A stretch of DNA of 64,000 bases from IMG/VR virus record IMGVR_UViG_3300032007_000002. The stretch is one strand, 5' to 3'. Within the stretch, counting starts at the first letter, position 1, and every line of letters begins with the position of its first letter. Below the pieces are notes generated by a model. That model was not told where the DNA came from and made no database searches. It saw only the letters and a list, made by a program, of their open reading frames with translations. The stretch comes from a virus (lineage: Duplodnaviria; Heunggongvirae; Uroviricota; Caudoviricetes). This document shows, piece after piece, positions 10,740 through 19,987 of this stretch. The position numbers and the translations under genes were made by a program.

Positions 10740-12917
10740 ATGCCGGGACATTTTAGTGGACGTTTGACATCGGCTATTGAGAGGGCCAACAAGGCGACAC
10801 GCGGACGCGATGGCGCCTTTTATAGCATCCTCAACGAGCGCGGTTTCTATGACATTGATGACGAGAACAATGGCCTGACGCCGGAACAGCGTGCAGGTGT
10901 TCCCGCATACAATCAGCGCCGCATGTCCGCGTTGTGCGACTCCATTTCCGACATGATTGCCGATTTCCTGATGAACGAGGATTATGGCGTAATGACTACG
11001 ACCCTCGAACAGATTGTCGACAAGCTGGACCAGCGTTCTACAATGAACAAGGCGTCGATGGACACCGTTACTGGCATCCTGGCTGCGATACCGGGCGGCC
11101 AGGCTGTCAAGGGCGCCACCATGTCGATGGAGCAGGTGATTGCTGCGATTATGGGCGGCAATCCGTTCGACCCGGATCTCATCCCGCCGCTCGCTCTCGG
11201 GTTTCCGGGTCTGCCCGTGGACATCGCGTCCTGCTTCAAGCCCGGTTATTTCAATGCTGACTGGACATTTCTTTACGACCACGAGATTTTCAAGAGCAAG
11301 AAGGTCTATATCGGCCCTGATGGCAGTCCGTCCATCGGCGCTGGCATCCCGCTTACTTTGGGCGGGAAGGCGAATGTCCTTGTTTTGAAGATGATTTTTA
11401 GTGTCCCGACGACGAACGGTGACGGCATGCCGGAAGGCGACGTGGCCAACGGCATTACCGCCGAGCAGTTCGACATCCTGATGAAGGCATCCAAGATGAC
11501 TTCGGAGGCGGAAATCGAGAAGGACGAGGCTGTGTCCGGCATCGAGCTCACTGATGGACAGATGCGGGCATCCTATTTCAAGTATATCCAGATGACGCTG
11601 TGGGGCGTAATCAGTAACCGCAACAACTGGGCATATCTCCATTGGGGATGCCTCACGAACAACTCCTGCCCGGAACCGGTGAAGACTGCCGTCTGCAGCT
11701 ACATCAAGACGAACGGGCTTGCGCTGAACCCGGACACTTCGCCGGAAAGCTGCCTGATTTCGTATCTGGTGAATACCGGCATGAACTATTATACCGGTGC
11801 CACCCGCAGCCTTGCCTTGATCGAGATTGACGGGACGGAATACATGGACGGCAAGACCAAGCAGAAGGTCAAGAAGGGTTCCTACGAATGGCGCGAGTGC
11901 CCCGATGGCGTCCCGAAGAATACCAATCTGGCGAACCGGTATTTCGCCATGCTCGCCGACGTGATTTCCCGCATGACCTATGGCAGCAACCCGCACGCGG
12001 ACGAGCTGCGCAAGCGCCGTGTGGACGAGGCGAACCGTATCTATGACTACCTCGGCATGGGGACGATTACTTACGGCAAGGTCCTTACGAACAAGGACAT
12101 CGTGAAGGAGGCCGTGGAAAGCCGTGGCTTCTTCAAGCTGGTTAAGGCCCCATTTAAGGTTTACGGGAACGACTCCATCAAGATACCGAACGACCCGGGT
12201 GACATCGACATCCATGTCGCATGCCAGACGGAGGTCCCGCTTACCGACATCTCGATGGCCACGTTGCGCTATATCTGCCGCGAGGCCGGCATCCAGGGTC
12301 TCGTGGTTACGTCGATTTACCGTTCTCCCGAGAAGCAGGCACAGACCATGCTCGGCAACCGTCTTAACGCGAATGGCGGGCGCCCGGTCACATACGCCCC
12401 GCCGGGAAAGTCGGTTGACGACAAGTATGACGAAGTTTCCAAGAAGCACCATCATGGCGCCGTTGTGAAGTTGCAGGGCTCCGAGGTGGAGGAAGCCCGC
12501 TGTGCGATGACCGAACAGGTCAAGAAGTGCATGAACGAGGGCAAGTTCGTTTCCCGTCACGTAAGCGACGGTACCATCATGCAGGCAATCGACATCGGCC
12601 CGAACTCCACCAAGTCGAGGTTCCGCTATTCGTCCGAACAGCTCATGCGCCTGCACGGCGCCTGCATGGCGGCGAAGAAGGCCGGGTATCTCCGGTCGTT
12701 CCTTGCGCCGAAGGCCGAATACGGCGGACCGGGCGACGATCCGGCGTTCCATATCGAGGTGTGGTGCGATTTTGGGCATCCGCACGTTCCCGAGGATGCA
12801 GGCGGTGCGATGCCGTTGCCGACGGTGGATGTGAAGGTTGCCAATGCGAACCTTTTGAACAAGGACATGTTTGACGCGTGCTTCACCAATGACCAGGTAG
12901 CCGCATCGAGAGGATAA
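10740..12917 (+). CDS. virion-associated peptidoglycan hydrolase: GH24/T4-lysozyme-like domain plus M15-like peptidase domain
   Basis: DHE...KVYIGPDGSPSIGAG and LRKRRVDEA (phage lysozyme motifs); TSIYRSPEKQ, SRH...AIDI, FHIE (M15 Zn-peptidase motifs). Confidence 0.72.
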   Translation: MPGHFSGRLTSAIERANKATRGRDGAFYSILNERGFYDIDDENNGLTPEQRAGVPAYNQRRMSALCDSISDMIADFLMNEDYGVMTTTLEQIVDKLDQRSTMNKASMDTVTGILAAIPGGQAVKGATMSMEQVIAAIMGGNPFDPDLIPPLALGFPGLPVDIASCFKPGYFNADWTFLYDHEIFKSKKVYIGPDGSPSIGAGIPLTLGGKANVLVLKMIFSVPTTNGDGMPEGDVANGITAEQFDILMKASKMTSEAEIEKDEAVSGIELTDGQMRASYFKYIQMTLWGVISNRNNWAYLHWGCLTNNSCPEPVKTAVCSYIKTNGLALNPDTSPESCLISYLVNTGMNYYTGATRSLALIEIDGTEYMDGKTKQKVKKGSYEWRECPDGVPKNTNLANRYFAMLADVISRMTYGSNPHADELRKRRVDEANRIYDYLGMGTITYGKVLTNKDIVKEAVESRGFFKLVKAPFKVYGNDSIKIPNDPGDIDIHVACQTEVPLTDISMATLRYICREAGIQGLVVTSIYRSPEKQAQTMLGNRLNANGGRPVTYAPPGKSVDDKYDEVSKKHHHGAVVKLQGSEVEEARCAMTEQVKKCMNEGKFVSRHVSDGTIMQAIDIGPNSTKSRFRYSSEQLMRLHGACMAAKKAGYLRSFLAPKAEYGGPGDDPAFHIEVWCDFGHPHVPEDAGGAMPLPTVDVKVANANLLNKDMFDACFTNDQVAASRG

Positions 12918-12920
12918 AGT

Positions 12921-13664
12921 ATGGCGAAGAGATACCAGAACAGGAAGCTAGAATTTGACCGCATGGTGTATGCGTATCTAGTGAAGCGCTTGCGCGAGCC
13001 GATAAACGTCACTGACTCCTACCAGGTGGGTGCCGTTGACAGTTTCGGTGCGGCCAAGGCTGACAACATCAAGGCGTTCTGGGCATACACGCCCCTGGAC
13101 CGGCTGATTTTCAACCTCCGTGCTGTCCTCGGTGACCAGGTGAAGGCGTTGCCGGCCGATTTTGACGATGCGGAGACGCTAATGCTCATGACTTCCGCGT
13201 CGGATCCGTCCAAAATCCATTCGAAGTATGACGGCATCGTGTCCATCGTCGAGGAATTGACCTATCTCCCGCCCGAACAGCGCTGGACCGGGGAGCCGTA
13301 TCTCGACAAGGATTCCGAGCTTACCTACCCGGAGCGCGTCTCTCGCGCACTGACCGTCGCCACCGCCATGCTTTACTGCATGAAGGTCGACGGGACGCCG
13401 GCCGCCCCGATTTTCGGCAAGATTAAGGATGCGGTGGAGTCCACGTTCTCCATCCGTTCTATCGGTTCCGCCGACGAGATACTCGGCCTGATGAAGTCGT
13501 CGGGTGTCGCCGATTACCGTGACCTTACCAACGAGGGCTACCTGACGCTGGTCAGGATGGCCAAGTGGATAGTCGGCCACGGCCTTCTTGCGGGCGACGG
13601 GACACAGGACGACCTGTCCGGGAATTGGAAACAGTTATCCACTGTGGGGAAAGATGGCGTATAA
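12921..13664 (+). CDS. conserved T4-superfamily hypothetical protein
   Basis: VYAYLVKRL.EP...G.VD..G...AYTPLDRLIFNLR resembles a widespread T4-like head-region protein (from memory). Confidence 0.55.
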   Translation: MAKRYQNRKLEFDRMVYAYLVKRLREPINVTDSYQVGAVDSFGAAKADNIKAFWAYTPLDRLIFNLRAVLGDQVKALPADFDDAETLMLMTSASDPSKIHSKYDGIVSIVEELTYLPPEQRWTGEPYLDKDSELTYPERVSRALTVATAMLYCMKVDGTPAAPIFGKIKDAVESTFSIRSIGSADEILGLMKSSGVADYRDLTNEGYLTLVRMAKWIVGHGLLAGDGTQDDLSGNWKQLSTVGKDGV

Positions 13665-13857
13665 CGGCTTGCCGATATTCGATGTCGAGGAATGTGATCT
13701 CCTCCTCGTGGCGGGTTGCAAGCACTCGCCTTCGGCGCGTTTGCTCGCGAAGCAAATCGTGGACAAGAAATTGCGCGAATTTTACGAAAAACAGCGAAAA
13801 CCGCAATTTGTGGTCCGCTGCAACGACATCATGGTCACATACGGTGTCAAAACATAG
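13654..13857 (+). CDS. small hypothetical protein
   Basis: 67-aa ORF (MAYNGLPIFDVEE...) overlapping the upstream stop. Confidence 0.6.
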   Translation: MAYNGLPIFDVEECDLLLVAGCKHSPSARLLAKQIVDKKLREFYEKQRKPQFVVRCNDIMVTYGVKT

Positions 13858-13882
13858 TTTTAAGGAAAGGATTGGATAATAC

Positions 13883-15568
13883 ATGCTGACACATCCAGAA
13901 GAACCGAGAGAGACTTGGAGTACCAAGGTCCTGAAGCATGCCAGGGACTTTGGTATCGGCAACCCGAGGGGTGCCGACTTTGAACGTCTTTTCAACAGGG
14001 AAGACAGACTGCGTGAGGTGACTGCCGCCGAGAATACTGTCGGCGAGGGCATCACCCAGATGACATACCCGAACGGCAGCGCGACCGACGGGTTCAGCAC
14101 ATACACGCCAGCCTACAACTTCTCCGACGAGAGGTTCGACCCGCAGCAGTTTCAGAACGCGGTCGCCGAGAACCAGGTCAACCTGTTCTGGCGCAAGAAC
14201 GTGGAACGTGCGCTTAAATACGATACGGTCGCGAAGCGTGCCGAGGTGAACGAATCGCTCATCCAGATTTGCAACGAGGCGGTCTATGAGGACGACATTG
14301 GCGACATCTGCTCGCTTGAAATCGACCAGGACCTCGTCTTGGGCGATCCGGTCAAGAAGGAGCTCTGCCGTATCTTCCGACAGGAAGTCCTCCGCCGCAT
14401 CATGAATTTCCGCCGTGTCGGCGCGGAACAGATGCGCTACTTGCTTACCCGCGGGCGCCTGTTCTACGAAATCATCTACGACCCGAAGTCCAGGAAGATA
14501 GTCGGCCTGAACATGCTCCCCGAGGAGAACATGGTCATTATCTACCAGAACAACCTCATCATCGGCTTCCGCCAGATGTTGAGCGGAGCGGCCTTCTCGC
14601 AGACGGGCGGCAAGAACTACATTGATTATTCGCCGAACCAGATCCTTTATGCCTCCCTCGGTATGTATGGCCCGGGCGGCATCAACGACACCCGTTCCAT
14701 CCTGGAACCGGCCATGAAGCCGTACAACCAGTTGAATACGATTGAAGATTCCGTCGTGATGTACCGTGTCCTCTGGGGTAGCGAAAAGCTGATGATGAAG
14801 ATCGATACGTCGGGTATGAACCGCATGCAGGCCGAAAAGTTCATGAAGGACCAGGCCAAGCAGTTCTCCCGCCACCTCGACTACAACCCGATGACCGGCG
14901 AGATTACGAACTTCGGCAAGGTCGTGGGCCTTACGGAACACTATCTCGTGTCCCTCGCGAAGGGCCGTACCGGTTCGACCATCGAACGCATGCAAGGTGG
15001 CGAACAGCTCGGCAACATCGACGACCTGAAATTCTTCAAGCGCAACCTCGTCAACTCGATGATGGTGCCCCCTGGCCGTATCACCGCGCTTGCCGGGGAC
15101 AGCAACAACTACTCCAACGGAAAGATTGGTGAAGTCACACAGGCCGAAGTCTCGTTCGCCAAGCTGGTGCAGAAGTATCAGGCGCCGGTCGAGGACATCA
15201 TGATCCGCCTGTTCGTGATGGTGCTCGAAACCCACAAGGAATATAACGACGACATCAAGGTCCGCGAGAATTTCAGCGTGAAGTTCAGGCGTTCCAACGG
15301 CTTCCAGAACTTCATCGACGCCGATGTGTGGGGCTCCCGCCTCGAAACGTTCTCGAAGATGATGGACAACACCATCTCCAAGGAAAAGCCGGATGCGCCG
15401 CTTTCCAAGAAGTTCGCCTTGAAGTACGGTCTCCGTCTCAACGACGACGAATACACGAAGAACGCCGAATGGCTGGCCCGCGAGAAGGCCGAGGCTGCGG
15501 GCGAGGCCCCTGCCGGAGGCGAGGGCGAAGCCGGTGGCGAAGATGCCGGTGGGCCGCCGATAGGGTAG
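13883..15568 (+). CDS. gp20: portal vertex protein (T4 gp20-like)
   Basis: EV..SL.QI.NEAV, SIL..A.KP.NQL..IEDSVV.YR, KIDT..M...AE, GS.IE.M.GG.QLG.IDD..FF...L, E..F.K.V motifs of gp20. Confidence 0.95.
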   Translation: MLTHPEEPRETWSTKVLKHARDFGIGNPRGADFERLFNREDRLREVTAAENTVGEGITQMTYPNGSATDGFSTYTPAYNFSDERFDPQQFQNAVAENQVNLFWRKNVERALKYDTVAKRAEVNESLIQICNEAVYEDDIGDICSLEIDQDLVLGDPVKKELCRIFRQEVLRRIMNFRRVGAEQMRYLLTRGRLFYEIIYDPKSRKIVGLNMLPEENMVIIYQNNLIIGFRQMLSGAAFSQTGGKNYIDYSPNQILYASLGMYGPGGINDTRSILEPAMKPYNQLNTIEDSVVMYRVLWGSEKLMMKIDTSGMNRMQAEKFMKDQAKQFSRHLDYNPMTGEITNFGKVVGLTEHYLVSLAKGRTGSTIERMQGGEQLGNIDDLKFFKRNLVNSMMVPPGRITALAGDSNNYSNGKIGEVTQAEVSFAKLVQKYQAPVEDIMIRLFVMVLETHKEYNDDIKVRENFSVKFRRSNGFQNFIDADVWGSRLETFSKMMDNTISKEKPDAPLSKKFALKYGLRLNDDEYTKNAEWLAREKAEAAGEAPAGGEGEAGGEDAGGPPIG

Positions 15569-15581
15569 CGCATGACCTCCT

Positions 15582-15618
15582 AAAGGCACCTGGAACAACC
15601 GTTCCGGGTGCTTTTTTC
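15582..15618 (+). terminator. intrinsic terminator after portal
   Basis: AAAGGCACCTGGAAC-aacc-GTTCCGGGTGCTTTT plus T run. Confidence 0.85.
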
Positions 15619-15665
15619 ATTTCAATGTATGATTTTCGACCGTTTTCGGGCGGCTGCCGGGGAAA

Positions 15666-15732
15666 TACTAAACATGAGGTGAATTTTCGGTAGAAGGTCG
15701 CGGATGCGGGTTTCTGCCAGGTTCAGAAACCC
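15666..15732 (+). promoter_or_regulatory. capsid gene promoter variant (TACTAAACA) and 5'-UTR hairpin
   Basis: TAAAC core at 15669; perfect 9-bp stem GGGTTTCTG/CAGAAACCC (15708-15732) just before the AAGGA RBS. Confidence 0.5.
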
Positions 15733-15753
15733 TAACCAAAAGGAATTGCAAAT

Positions 15754-17250
15754 ATGCAGAATCCAGTGAAGAACAGCCTTACCCATAAGTGGCGTGCTTT
15801 CCTCGAAAGCAACATGGGTCCGGCTCCGAAGACCCGCACTGAAGCCAGCATTCTTGCTGTGATGTGCGAAAACCAGAACAAGTGCAACAAGGGTGTGCTT
15901 ACCGAAGGTGCCAACGTCTCGTCTGACGTTGCCCAGTACCAGCAGTATGCCCTCCCGATGATCCGTCGTAAGTTCCAGGAACTCCTGGCCATGAACACGG
16001 TCAGCGTGATCCCGACTACGACCCCGAACGGCATCTATTTCGCCCTTCGTTACCTGTATGACAACGAACCGCTCAAGTCCGTTGCCTTCCGTCAGGGCCA
16101 GAAGCAGGAAATTGGTTACGACCTCGTCGGTGACCACACTTCCTTCGCAGGCTTCCTGAACCCGTGGTCTACCGGCGCAGGTGAAATGCTTTCCAACTAC
16201 TCGGAAGGCACTGACATCTACGGTCGCGCCCGCGGTGCCAACGGCTTCGCTGCTACGCAGGAACCTGGTGGCCAGCTCTTCAACAACTTCGGTCGCTTTG
16301 CCGGCCAGCAGATGGATGGGGATGACTCCTTCGGTGGTTACTCCTACAACATCAAGAAGGCCTCCGTCAAGGTGATTTCCGGTGCCTACCGCGTAGGTAC
16401 CCGCGCAATCAAGAGCCACTACACTCTTGAACTCCAACAGGACATGGCTGCCGGCCACGGCCAGGACGTGGAAGCTCTCCTCCTCGAAGCTCTCCAGTTC
16501 GAAGTGCAACAGGAACAGGACCGTGAAATCCTCATGGCCATGTGCATCGTTGCCCAGAACCCGGCCCTTGGTGGTGAAAAGCCGATCGTGGTTGACCTCG
16601 CCATCGTGAACAACGGTCCTGCCCAGGGTCGTTGGCCGGCCGAACGCATCGCGTCCGGCATCATCTCCACCCTCATCGCTGTGAGCCGCAAGATCTCCCT
16701 CACGACCCGTATGGGTTGCGGTAACTTTGCCATCGTGTCTCCGGACGTCGGTGCTGCAATCTCTACCGTTCAGGGTGCAATCTACTTCAACGGCAACATG
16801 CAGGATATGACCAACCAGCCGGCCGGTGGTGTTGCAAACATCGGTAAGCTCCCGGTCGGTATCCAGATGTACCAGGACATCTACTCTAGCGTTTCCTACG
16901 CCCTCGTGGGATTCAAGGGTCAGAACCAGGGTGAATCTGGTATCATCATGATGCCGTACATCCCGTACATCTTCGTGAAGACGGCCGGTCAGGAAGACGG
17001 TTCTCCGCGCTTGATCGTTAAGTCTCGTTACGCCGTGATCGCCAACCTCCTCGGCGCCGGCCAGTTCTACCGCATGGTTCAGTTCCTCAACATGAACTCT
17101 GTGATCGCTGGCTTCGACGTGACTGCCAACCCGTGGGAAAGCAACGCATCTCTCGGTGCAAGCCTCGAACCGGGTCTCTCTTACGAGCTCCAGTCCAATG
17201 CGCTCGTGAACGCTCCGGCGGGCCTCTCTCAGGAAAGCGGCAACTGGTAA
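15754..17250 (+). CDS. gp23: major capsid protein (T4 gp23-like)
   Basis: LPMIRR..LLA...V.P...P.G..FALRY.Y, TRA.K..YT.EL.QD..A.HG.D.E..L, E.DREI, G.GNF.I.S..V, G....PYIP, P....KSRY. Confidence 0.95.
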   Translation: MQNPVKNSLTHKWRAFLESNMGPAPKTRTEASILAVMCENQNKCNKGVLTEGANVSSDVAQYQQYALPMIRRKFQELLAMNTVSVIPTTTPNGIYFALRYLYDNEPLKSVAFRQGQKQEIGYDLVGDHTSFAGFLNPWSTGAGEMLSNYSEGTDIYGRARGANGFAATQEPGGQLFNNFGRFAGQQMDGDDSFGGYSYNIKKASVKVISGAYRVGTRAIKSHYTLELQQDMAAGHGQDVEALLLEALQFEVQQEQDREILMAMCIVAQNPALGGEKPIVVDLAIVNNGPAQGRWPAERIASGIISTLIAVSRKISLTTRMGCGNFAIVSPDVGAAISTVQGAIYFNGNMQDMTNQPAGGVANIGKLPVGIQMYQDIYSSVSYALVGFKGQNQGESGIIMMPYIPYIFVKTAGQEDGSPRLIVKSRYAVIANLLGAGQFYRMVQFLNMNSVIAGFDVTANPWESNASLGASLEPGLSYELQSNALVNAPAGLSQESGNW

Positions 17251-17282
17251 CCAGCCCAGCCCGTTTACTGACGGACAATATT

Positions 17283-17315
17283 AAGGTGGCAGGGTTTCGG
17301 CCCTGCCACCTTTTT
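17283..17315 (+). terminator. intrinsic terminator after capsid gene (UUCG loop)
   Basis: AAGGTGGCAGGGT-ttcg-GCCCTGCCACCTT-TTT. Confidence 0.9.
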
Positions 17316-17323
17316 GTATATTT
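17315..17323 (+). promoter_or_regulatory. host-type -10 box TGTATATTT, leaderless
   Basis: 5 nt upstream of ATG 17329; overlaps the terminator U-tract. Confidence 0.65.
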
Positions 17324-17328
17324 AGAGT

Positions 17329-17517
17329 ATGAGCAAGTTACCAGATGAAGGGGTCGTAATGGGCGGTCGCGACCCGAACGGGGAAAAGACCGTCATCAAG
17401 ATAGATACCAGGCCGCTGTCGCATGCCAAGGCGAAGCGGTTGATTGAGCAGATGGCGAAGAAGTTCAGGAAGTGCCTGAAATTCGACGCCAAGACCGGCC
17501 AGGTATTGCCTGCATAG
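17329..17517 (+). CDS. 62-aa stand-alone homologue of the portal clip region
   Basis: Ungapped 41-aa alignment to portal residues 301-341, 13 identities. Confidence 0.8.
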   Translation: MSKLPDEGVVMGGRDPNGEKTVIKIDTRPLSHAKAKRLIEQMAKKFRKCLKFDAKTGQVLPA

Positions 17518-17518
17518 C

Positions 17519-17550
17519 AAAAACGGGCCCGCGATTGCGGACCCGTTTTG
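17519..17550. terminator. bidirectional terminator
   Basis: AAAACGGGCCCGC-gatt-GCGGACCCGTTTT between convergent genes. Confidence 0.8.
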
Positions 17551-17563
17551 AAATTGGGGAGGT

Positions 17564-18067
17564 TTATTCGCAGGGGAGGGGATCCCATTCCGCGGCAAAC
17601 TGTGCCTGCGGGGTTCCCATGATGTCCTCGACGACCTTGGCCTCGGACGGCTGGGGTTCGCTGGACTTGTAGAGCATCTGCGTGAGGTTGGCTTCGAGGT
17701 CCAGCCCCTTGTACACCGGCTCCGGGCCGCTGTAGTCCCACTTGTCGAGCTCGTAGTTGCCTTTCGGGAGGGTGCTGACGTCGAACCCTTCCGGGAGATT
17801 GTAGAGGTCGCCGATTGCATAGCAGTCGTACCCGGCCTCGTAGTCTTCGTCGCTGATGTTTTCCCCGTTGTTCGACCACTGGATTGCGAGGAGCTTCCGC
17901 TTGTCCTTGCTGATGTAGCGTTTGTCGTCCGGGAGGGACCACTTGGGTGCACCGCCGACCGCTTCCAGGATGGCGTTGAAAGCCGTTTGTTCGCTGGGGA
18001 AGTGCGACGCGAGCTTGTTTATGGAGTTCTTGAAGTCCGAGATTGCGACGGAAAGTTGTGACTGCAT
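17564..18067 (-). CDS. acidic hypothetical protein, candidate internal head protein
   Basis: 167-aa ORF under late promoter; N-terminal leader ending AFNAILE-A. Confidence 0.6.
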   Translation of the reverse strand: MQSQLSVAISDFKNSINKLASHFPSEQTAFNAILEAVGGAPKWSLPDDKRYISKDKRKLLAIQWSNNGENISDEDYEAGYDCYAIGDLYNLPEGFDVSTLPKGNYELDKWDYSGPEPVYKGLDLEANLTQMLYKSSEPQPSEAKVVEDIMGTPQAQFAAEWDPLPCE

Positions 18068-18092
18068 GCTGAAACTCTGGGTATTTCCTTGA

Positions 18093-18140
18093 TAGTTTAT
18101 AGAACGGGGTTGCCTTTGTCGGGCGCCGACTTATAAACTA
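18093..18140. promoter_or_regulatory. divergent pair of late promoters
   Basis: TAGTTTATA 18093-18101 (-) and TATAAACTA 18132-18140 (+). Confidence 0.8.
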
Positions 18141-18166
18141 TGGACGAGTTTAATTGGGCAGCCCAG

Positions 18167-19984
18167 ATGGCTAGTACCGTAATCACAGCAGCAGGCTTGG
18201 AACTGCTTAATCAAGTGCCGCAGGCCGGCGGTGATACCTATTGGATTGGATATTACGGTCTCGCCTTTGTCCCGGCAGAAAAACGCATTGAGGGCGAGGA
18301 CGATGAGCTGAAAGCTGGCATGACTTCGCTCACGAAGACAGGCGACCACATCTACAACCTGTGGCAGGGTTCGATGGTTGCGGGCGGCTATGCGCAGGGC
18401 ACGTCCGCCGCGGAGCTTGGCGGCGTGGCGATGTACACGTCCAACCTGATGTCCCGCTTCCGCTATGTTCTCGACAAGAACGGGAACAACAACCTCGTCA
18501 TGTTCCGCGGGACTACTGACAGTTCCGCCTCCGATGTCTCCGGCGCGTGTGTTTTCCGTGGGGTAAGACACCAAGACCAGGAACATCCTGAACCGGCACC
18601 GTCAAAAGGCGTTCTTGACGGGATTCCGCTTCCCGCTCCGCTGTTTTTTCATGAATGTGAGGAAAAATATGATAATCCTCCGGCAGACGAAGCAACGTTT
18701 ACACGGGAAGTGCCATCCGATCCAGCAACATTTAAATTTTATGATTATCCTACAATAGGAAGTGGTGACAAGGTTCTTCCTGCCGTGACTACGGACACCC
18801 GTGCCTATATCGGCAAGACTGCTACTGTCCCGGAAGGCGGCGATCCGTTTAACGCTGCCGTGAACGGCGTGGACACCCGCCAGTGGCTGTCCGCCAGCAA
18901 GACCTACACTCAGGATGGGCTGAACGGCGATCCGGCCCAGCCGTTGGAGCCGGACTATAACTGCCTGTGCGAACAATACTGGAAGTTCAAGTCGATTTCC
19001 AACTACAACCGTTATCATGCCCCGGCAAGTTCCGAAGGGTTCCTGGTCGATTACGAGCCGGCCTGTCGCAACATGGCGAAGGTGACGAGGCTCTTCCCGA
19101 TTAGTCATTACAAGGTGGTGAACGCGAAGGAAGGTGCATCTTCCATCCTTCCGGGTAAGAAGATTGCCAGCACGCTCCGTTTCAGCATTAACATGTCGCT
19201 TGACGACATTTACAATACTGTCGCTACCCGTGCGATTACCCAGTCCGGGGAAAGCGGAATTGAGAGTATCGGCGGTGCCGATCTGTTCCAGACCAAGGAA
19301 AGCAGCATCAAGTTCAACCGTATCGGCATCTATGCCGCGAAGATGACTGTCCACCGGTTCTACAAGTCCGAAAATAATGCGTCCAATCGTAGCGGTTGCG
19401 AGGATTTCCGTGTGCAGTTCGAAATCGACGGCAATGCCGAACCGATTCTTTTTGCCGTGGTTGACCTCGACACGACGGTGTATCTCCGCGAAGGTTCTGG
19501 CGAGACCAGCACCTACAAGGTCAACGTGGACCTCAACTTGGGCGACAAGGACACCGGGTCCGTTATCCGCGACGCTTCCGTCTTCTACAACATGTATGAG
19601 GACAATGCGATAACCTGGTACGAGAACCAGCTCATCGCTACGGCAAGCCAGGCGGAGGCCATCACTGATGTGGGCCTTGACATGGCCATCATGAAGCAGC
19701 GCATGGACCGCATGACCGCGAGTGTAAACGGGTGTCAGAACGATGACTCCGGTGACGAGTATGCGCCGAAGAACCACACCCACAACTTCATGAAAAATTT
19801 GGTCGATGGCACGGTGAACCCGGGTGCTGTCCGCGGAGTTGACTGCGCGGTAGAGAGCCTTCCCGTGGACTTTAGCATATTCGATACGTTCAACCAGTCA
19901 TTGTACACGGCGACGCAGGTTTCCGAGCGTTCCGCACAAAACAAAATCCAGTTCTTCACGGTGCATGGCACCCCCAGGAGTTAA
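18167..19984 (+). CDS. tail fibre/baseplate-anchor protein, N-terminal part
   Basis: MASTVITAAGLELL and FNRIGIYA...ILFAV resemble the tail-collar fibre anchor domain; YAPKNHTH fibre motif. Confidence 0.6.
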   Translation: MASTVITAAGLELLNQVPQAGGDTYWIGYYGLAFVPAEKRIEGEDDELKAGMTSLTKTGDHIYNLWQGSMVAGGYAQGTSAAELGGVAMYTSNLMSRFRYVLDKNGNNNLVMFRGTTDSSASDVSGACVFRGVRHQDQEHPEPAPSKGVLDGIPLPAPLFFHECEEKYDNPPADEATFTREVPSDPATFKFYDYPTIGSGDKVLPAVTTDTRAYIGKTATVPEGGDPFNAAVNGVDTRQWLSASKTYTQDGLNGDPAQPLEPDYNCLCEQYWKFKSISNYNRYHAPASSEGFLVDYEPACRNMAKVTRLFPISHYKVVNAKEGASSILPGKKIASTLRFSINMSLDDIYNTVATRAITQSGESGIESIGGADLFQTKESSIKFNRIGIYAAKMTVHRFYKSENNASNRSGCEDFRVQFEIDGNAEPILFAVVDLDTTVYLREGSGETSTYKVNVDLNLGDKDTGSVIRDASVFYNMYEDNAITWYENQLIATASQAEAITDVGLDMAIMKQRMDRMTASVNGCQNDDSGDEYAPKNHTHNFMKNLVDGTVNPGAVRGVDCAVESLPVDFSIFDTFNQSLYTATQVSERSAQNKIQFFTVHGTPRS

Positions 19985-19987
19985 GCA

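Noticed and set aside
10629-12785. Long antisense ORFs (e.g. 718 aa here; also 7400-8926, 13847-15598, 22823-24373, and the upstream part of 61330-63297)
   Set aside because: They mirror real genes codon for codon; this is expected from strong GC3 bias, and they have no motifs or promoters
13883-17250. Introns or inteins in portal/capsid associated with the HNH genes
   Set aside because: Both genes are continuous and of normal length; the HNH ORFs are free-standing
18140-18166. ORF-track starts overlapping the late motif (18140, 36063, 53518) and the upstream start at 1113
   Set aside because: These starts lie inside, abut or precede the promoter itself; downstream ATGs (18167, 36039, 53488, 1272) are more plausible
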